From: Octopus sinensis
Taxonomy: Eukaryota
Length of the DNA stretch: 64,000 nucleotides
Assembly (NCBI RefSeq): GCF_006345805.1
Contig: NC_043023.1
Location: 16,306,001-16,370,000, forward strand
Direction of reading: 5' to 3'
The translations under genes were made by a program, and so were the position numbers. Under the pieces are notes generated by a model, which saw nothing but the letters and a program-made list of their open reading frames with translations, searched no databases and was not told the DNA's origin. Below are positions 61,100 to 64,000 of the stretch, in pieces. Within the stretch, counting starts at the first letter, position 1, and each line of letters opens with the position of its first letter.

Positions 61100-61750
61100 A
61101 GATACCCAAATCTTTTAAGAACTTAGGGCCTCGACGGCCCTGCCCAACATTGGAATTAAAAAACACTTACCCGAGAACAAGTATTCCAGTAACGACGACG
61201 TAGCATCTGCTGTCGAAGACTAAAAAGGATGCAAAGTTCTCCACCAATAGAATTAACCACTGCAGCTTCGACGGTTGGGATGTGAGAGCGAGGGGGTACT
61301 ATGTTCAAAAATAAACATTATTTGGTCTCGTACGACACTCGTATACATACATATTGTACATACGGACCCATACAAGCCTATACATATATACAGAGGTGGG
61401 CACGGTTAATCTAAAAGTTCACTTCGTTAATTCTTTGAAAATTCAACGGAAGGTAGGGTTAACGTTTATTGAACTAGAGGCATACCTACAGTTTAATACC
61501 CCACCGACTTCGTTGCATCAAAACTTCCAAGAAGTCGATACATTTTAACGAAACTTTCACCAAAGGCGCATGAGTGGCTGTGTGGTAAGTAGCTTGCTTA
61601 CCAATCACATGGTTCCGGGTTCATTCCCACTGCTTGACACATTGGGCAAGTGTCTTCTACTATAGCCACGGGTCGACCAAAGCCTTGTGAGTGGATTTGG
61701 TAGATAAAAACAGAACAGGCACACACACACTATGGAAGTTACACGGAATC

Positions 61751-63165
61751 GGATCTTTTCCATTTGAACGGCAGTTTTTTAAAAATAATTTCCAAGTAAC
61801 TAAACACTTTTAAGCTTCGTATACTGGTAGAATGTGTTTATAAAACACCATTTTCTCTTGGCTTTATTGAGAAAATTCTATAGGTTGTAAGATATTTCGT
61901 CTTTAATTTCTTGCATTTCGGCAATTTTAACCAATCACTGGCGTCCATTTATGTAAATAACATTCTGTACATAATGAATATGTCCCTTCTTTATGAAACA
62001 GATTGGGTTTATTTACATTTGTGAAGAACAAAGATACCCTTCCCCCACCCCTAAATCTAAAATAGATTGAAATGCTTAGTTTTTTATAGCAGTGTCGTAT
62101 GAAATTGTCACCAATAATTATAACCCTAGTATCGATCTATTGCATTTCAATCTATTTTAGATTTAGAGTTAGAGTTAGGGTTTGGGGTGGGGGAAGAGTA
62201 TCTTTTTTCTTCACAAATGTAAATAAACCCAATCTGTTTCTTAAACGAGGGACATATTCATACAGCACGGAATGTTATTTACGTCAATGGAGGTAATTGA
62301 TTGGTTAAAATTGCCGAAATGCAAGAAATTTTAGACGAAATATGTTACAATATTTATTACGAAATATGTTACAATGTTTTTTACCTCAATAGACGTCCAT
62401 TGATTGGTTGAAATTGCAGAAAGAAAAACAACAAATATCTTCCAAACCATAGACTTTTCTCAATAAAGCCAAGAGAAAAAGATGTTTTATAAACACATTC
62501 TATCAGTATACGAAGTATAAAAGTGTTTAGTTACGTGGAATTTATTTTAAAAAACTGCCGGTCAAACCGAAAAGATCCCAAATATCTTACAAACTATAGA
62601 ATTTTCTCAATAAAGCCAAGAGAAAAAGATGTTTTATAAACACATTCTACCAGTATACGAAGTATAAAAGTGTTTAGTTACGTGGAATTTATTTTAAAAA
62701 ACTGCCGGTCAAACCGAAAAGATCCCAAATATCTTACAAACTATAGAATTTTCTCAATAAAGCCAAGAGAAAAAGATGTTTTATAAACACATTCTACCAG
62801 TATACGAAGTATAAAAGTGTTTAGTTACGTGGAAATTATTTTAAAAAACTGCCGGTCAAACCGAAAAGATCCCAAATATCTTACAAACTATAGAATTTTC
62901 TCAATAAAGCCAAGAGAAAAAGATGTTTTATAAACACATTCTACCAGTATACGAAGTATAAAAGTGTTTAGTTACGTGGAATTTATTTTAAAAAACTGCC
63001 GGTCAAACCGAAAAGATCCCAAATATCTTACAAACTATAGAATTTTTTCAATAAAGCCAAGAGAAAAAGATGTTTTATAAACACATTCTACCAGTATACG
63101 AAGTTTAAAAGTGTTTAGTTAGTTGGAAATTATTTTAAAAAACTGCCGGTAAACGGAAAAGATCC
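61751..63165. mobile_element. Foldback-type element with five 147-bp repeats in the right arm
   Basis: GGATCTTTTCC..GGAAAAGATCC termini. CACATTCTA at 62494, 62641, 62788, 62935 and 63082. Confidence 0.82.
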
Positions 63166-63409
63166 CCCCATTTTCCTAAAAGTTGATGGAAAAACTCGGA
63201 TCTTGTGAATTTTCCCAAGTCCTCTCCCCACCCTCCCGTTGCGTAGCACGCATTTTGTTCCCTATTCGTTGCCTACACATTGTCTTACATCCATTCGAAT
63301 ATTTTTTCTTTTTCTTTTTTTCTCTTTGATTTCCAGTTCCGTGTCAACATATAAACATTAACCAACACTTTTAAAAGTTTTATTGTCGAATGATTTGTCA
63401 TAAATAGGC

Positions 63410-63992
63410 AATCTTTTGTACTTACGTTCCCAGGTACAAAATTATGCTCCACCCACCAAATTTATCTGTTCTAATTTCTGAAAAACAAAACGAAAATAAA
63501 AAGCCTTCTTCTATCATACTCTCAATTTTGGTCAACTTGCGCCGCAGGGTCTCGGAGGAGATAGTGTTAGTTGAAGGCTACCAAATCTACCACACACAGA
63601 CAACTTCAGCTTTATATATATACTAGCAGTTATTGCCCGGGTTTGTTTCGACCCTTTAGAATTGGAATCTTTGAAAAGTAAAAAGTTTGCATTATGTAGC
63701 TTGTTATTCTCTTAAAGGGAACATTTTTCTGGTTGAAATACATGGAAAAATGGCGACACAGCAGTGAAAAAATCGTAAAAAATAGGGATTTTCATAGAAA
63801 AAAGCACCTTTTTGATGTAAATAATTTTTGGTGTTAACATGGTCCGATTTGAATTTTTTCTTCTGCGGAATGAAGAGCGAGCCTTCTTCTATCATACTCT
63901 CAATTTTGGTCAACTTGCGCCTCAGGGTCTCAGTGTTAGTTGAAGCCTACCAAACCTGCCATACACACAGACAAATTCAGCTTTTTGTATAT
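63410..63992 (-). mobile_element. Two head-to-tail Helitron-like copies (one truncated)
   Basis: CTAG 3' end at 63623 preceded by a CCGGG-containing hairpin-like sequence. The TATA..AAAGCTGAA(G/T)TTGTCTGTGT 5' end occurs twice (~63990 and ~63620). Confidence 0.6.
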
Positions 63993-64000
63993 AGTTGGAC

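Overview
AT-rich, repeat-dense eukaryotic DNA. The SINE, RTE and Helitron repertoire matches what I recall of Octopus (cephalopod) genomes; this is inference, not a database result. Most ORFs in the supplied track are artefacts of repeats or decayed LINEs. The window is a tandem segmental duplication (about 12.7-22.6 kb vs 42.9-52.7 kb; 38.3-43.6 kb vs 56.2-61.6 kb) containing two paralogous spliced genes on the minus strand that the ORF track does not reveal. Both use only phase-1 GT-AG introns: a 46-nt leader exon (MAKWILFCLLFVTF), a 39-nt exon, a 249-nt Ig-like domain exon and a terminal exon. Gene B (51210-56321) has one 39+249-nt cassette. Gene A (21025-38366) has one leader followed by three tandem cassettes, giving either a 3-domain protein or a variable-exon cluster spliced to a shared leader and terminal exon. 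The domain exons diverge mainly by non-synonymous changes while the flanks stay nearly identical. In both genes the terminal exon carries a fossil stalk+TM+CCKYFKK tail now behind a shared premature TAA, suggesting a receptor converted to a secreted protein. Other notable items: an inverted pair of hammerhead-ribozyme motifs in a gene A intron, a paralog-specific 1.3-kb TIR element with an 8-bp TSD, a solo LTR with empty-site evidence, 147-bp-repeat foldback elements, piggyBac-like MITE arrays and tandem multimers of retroposon 3' ends.
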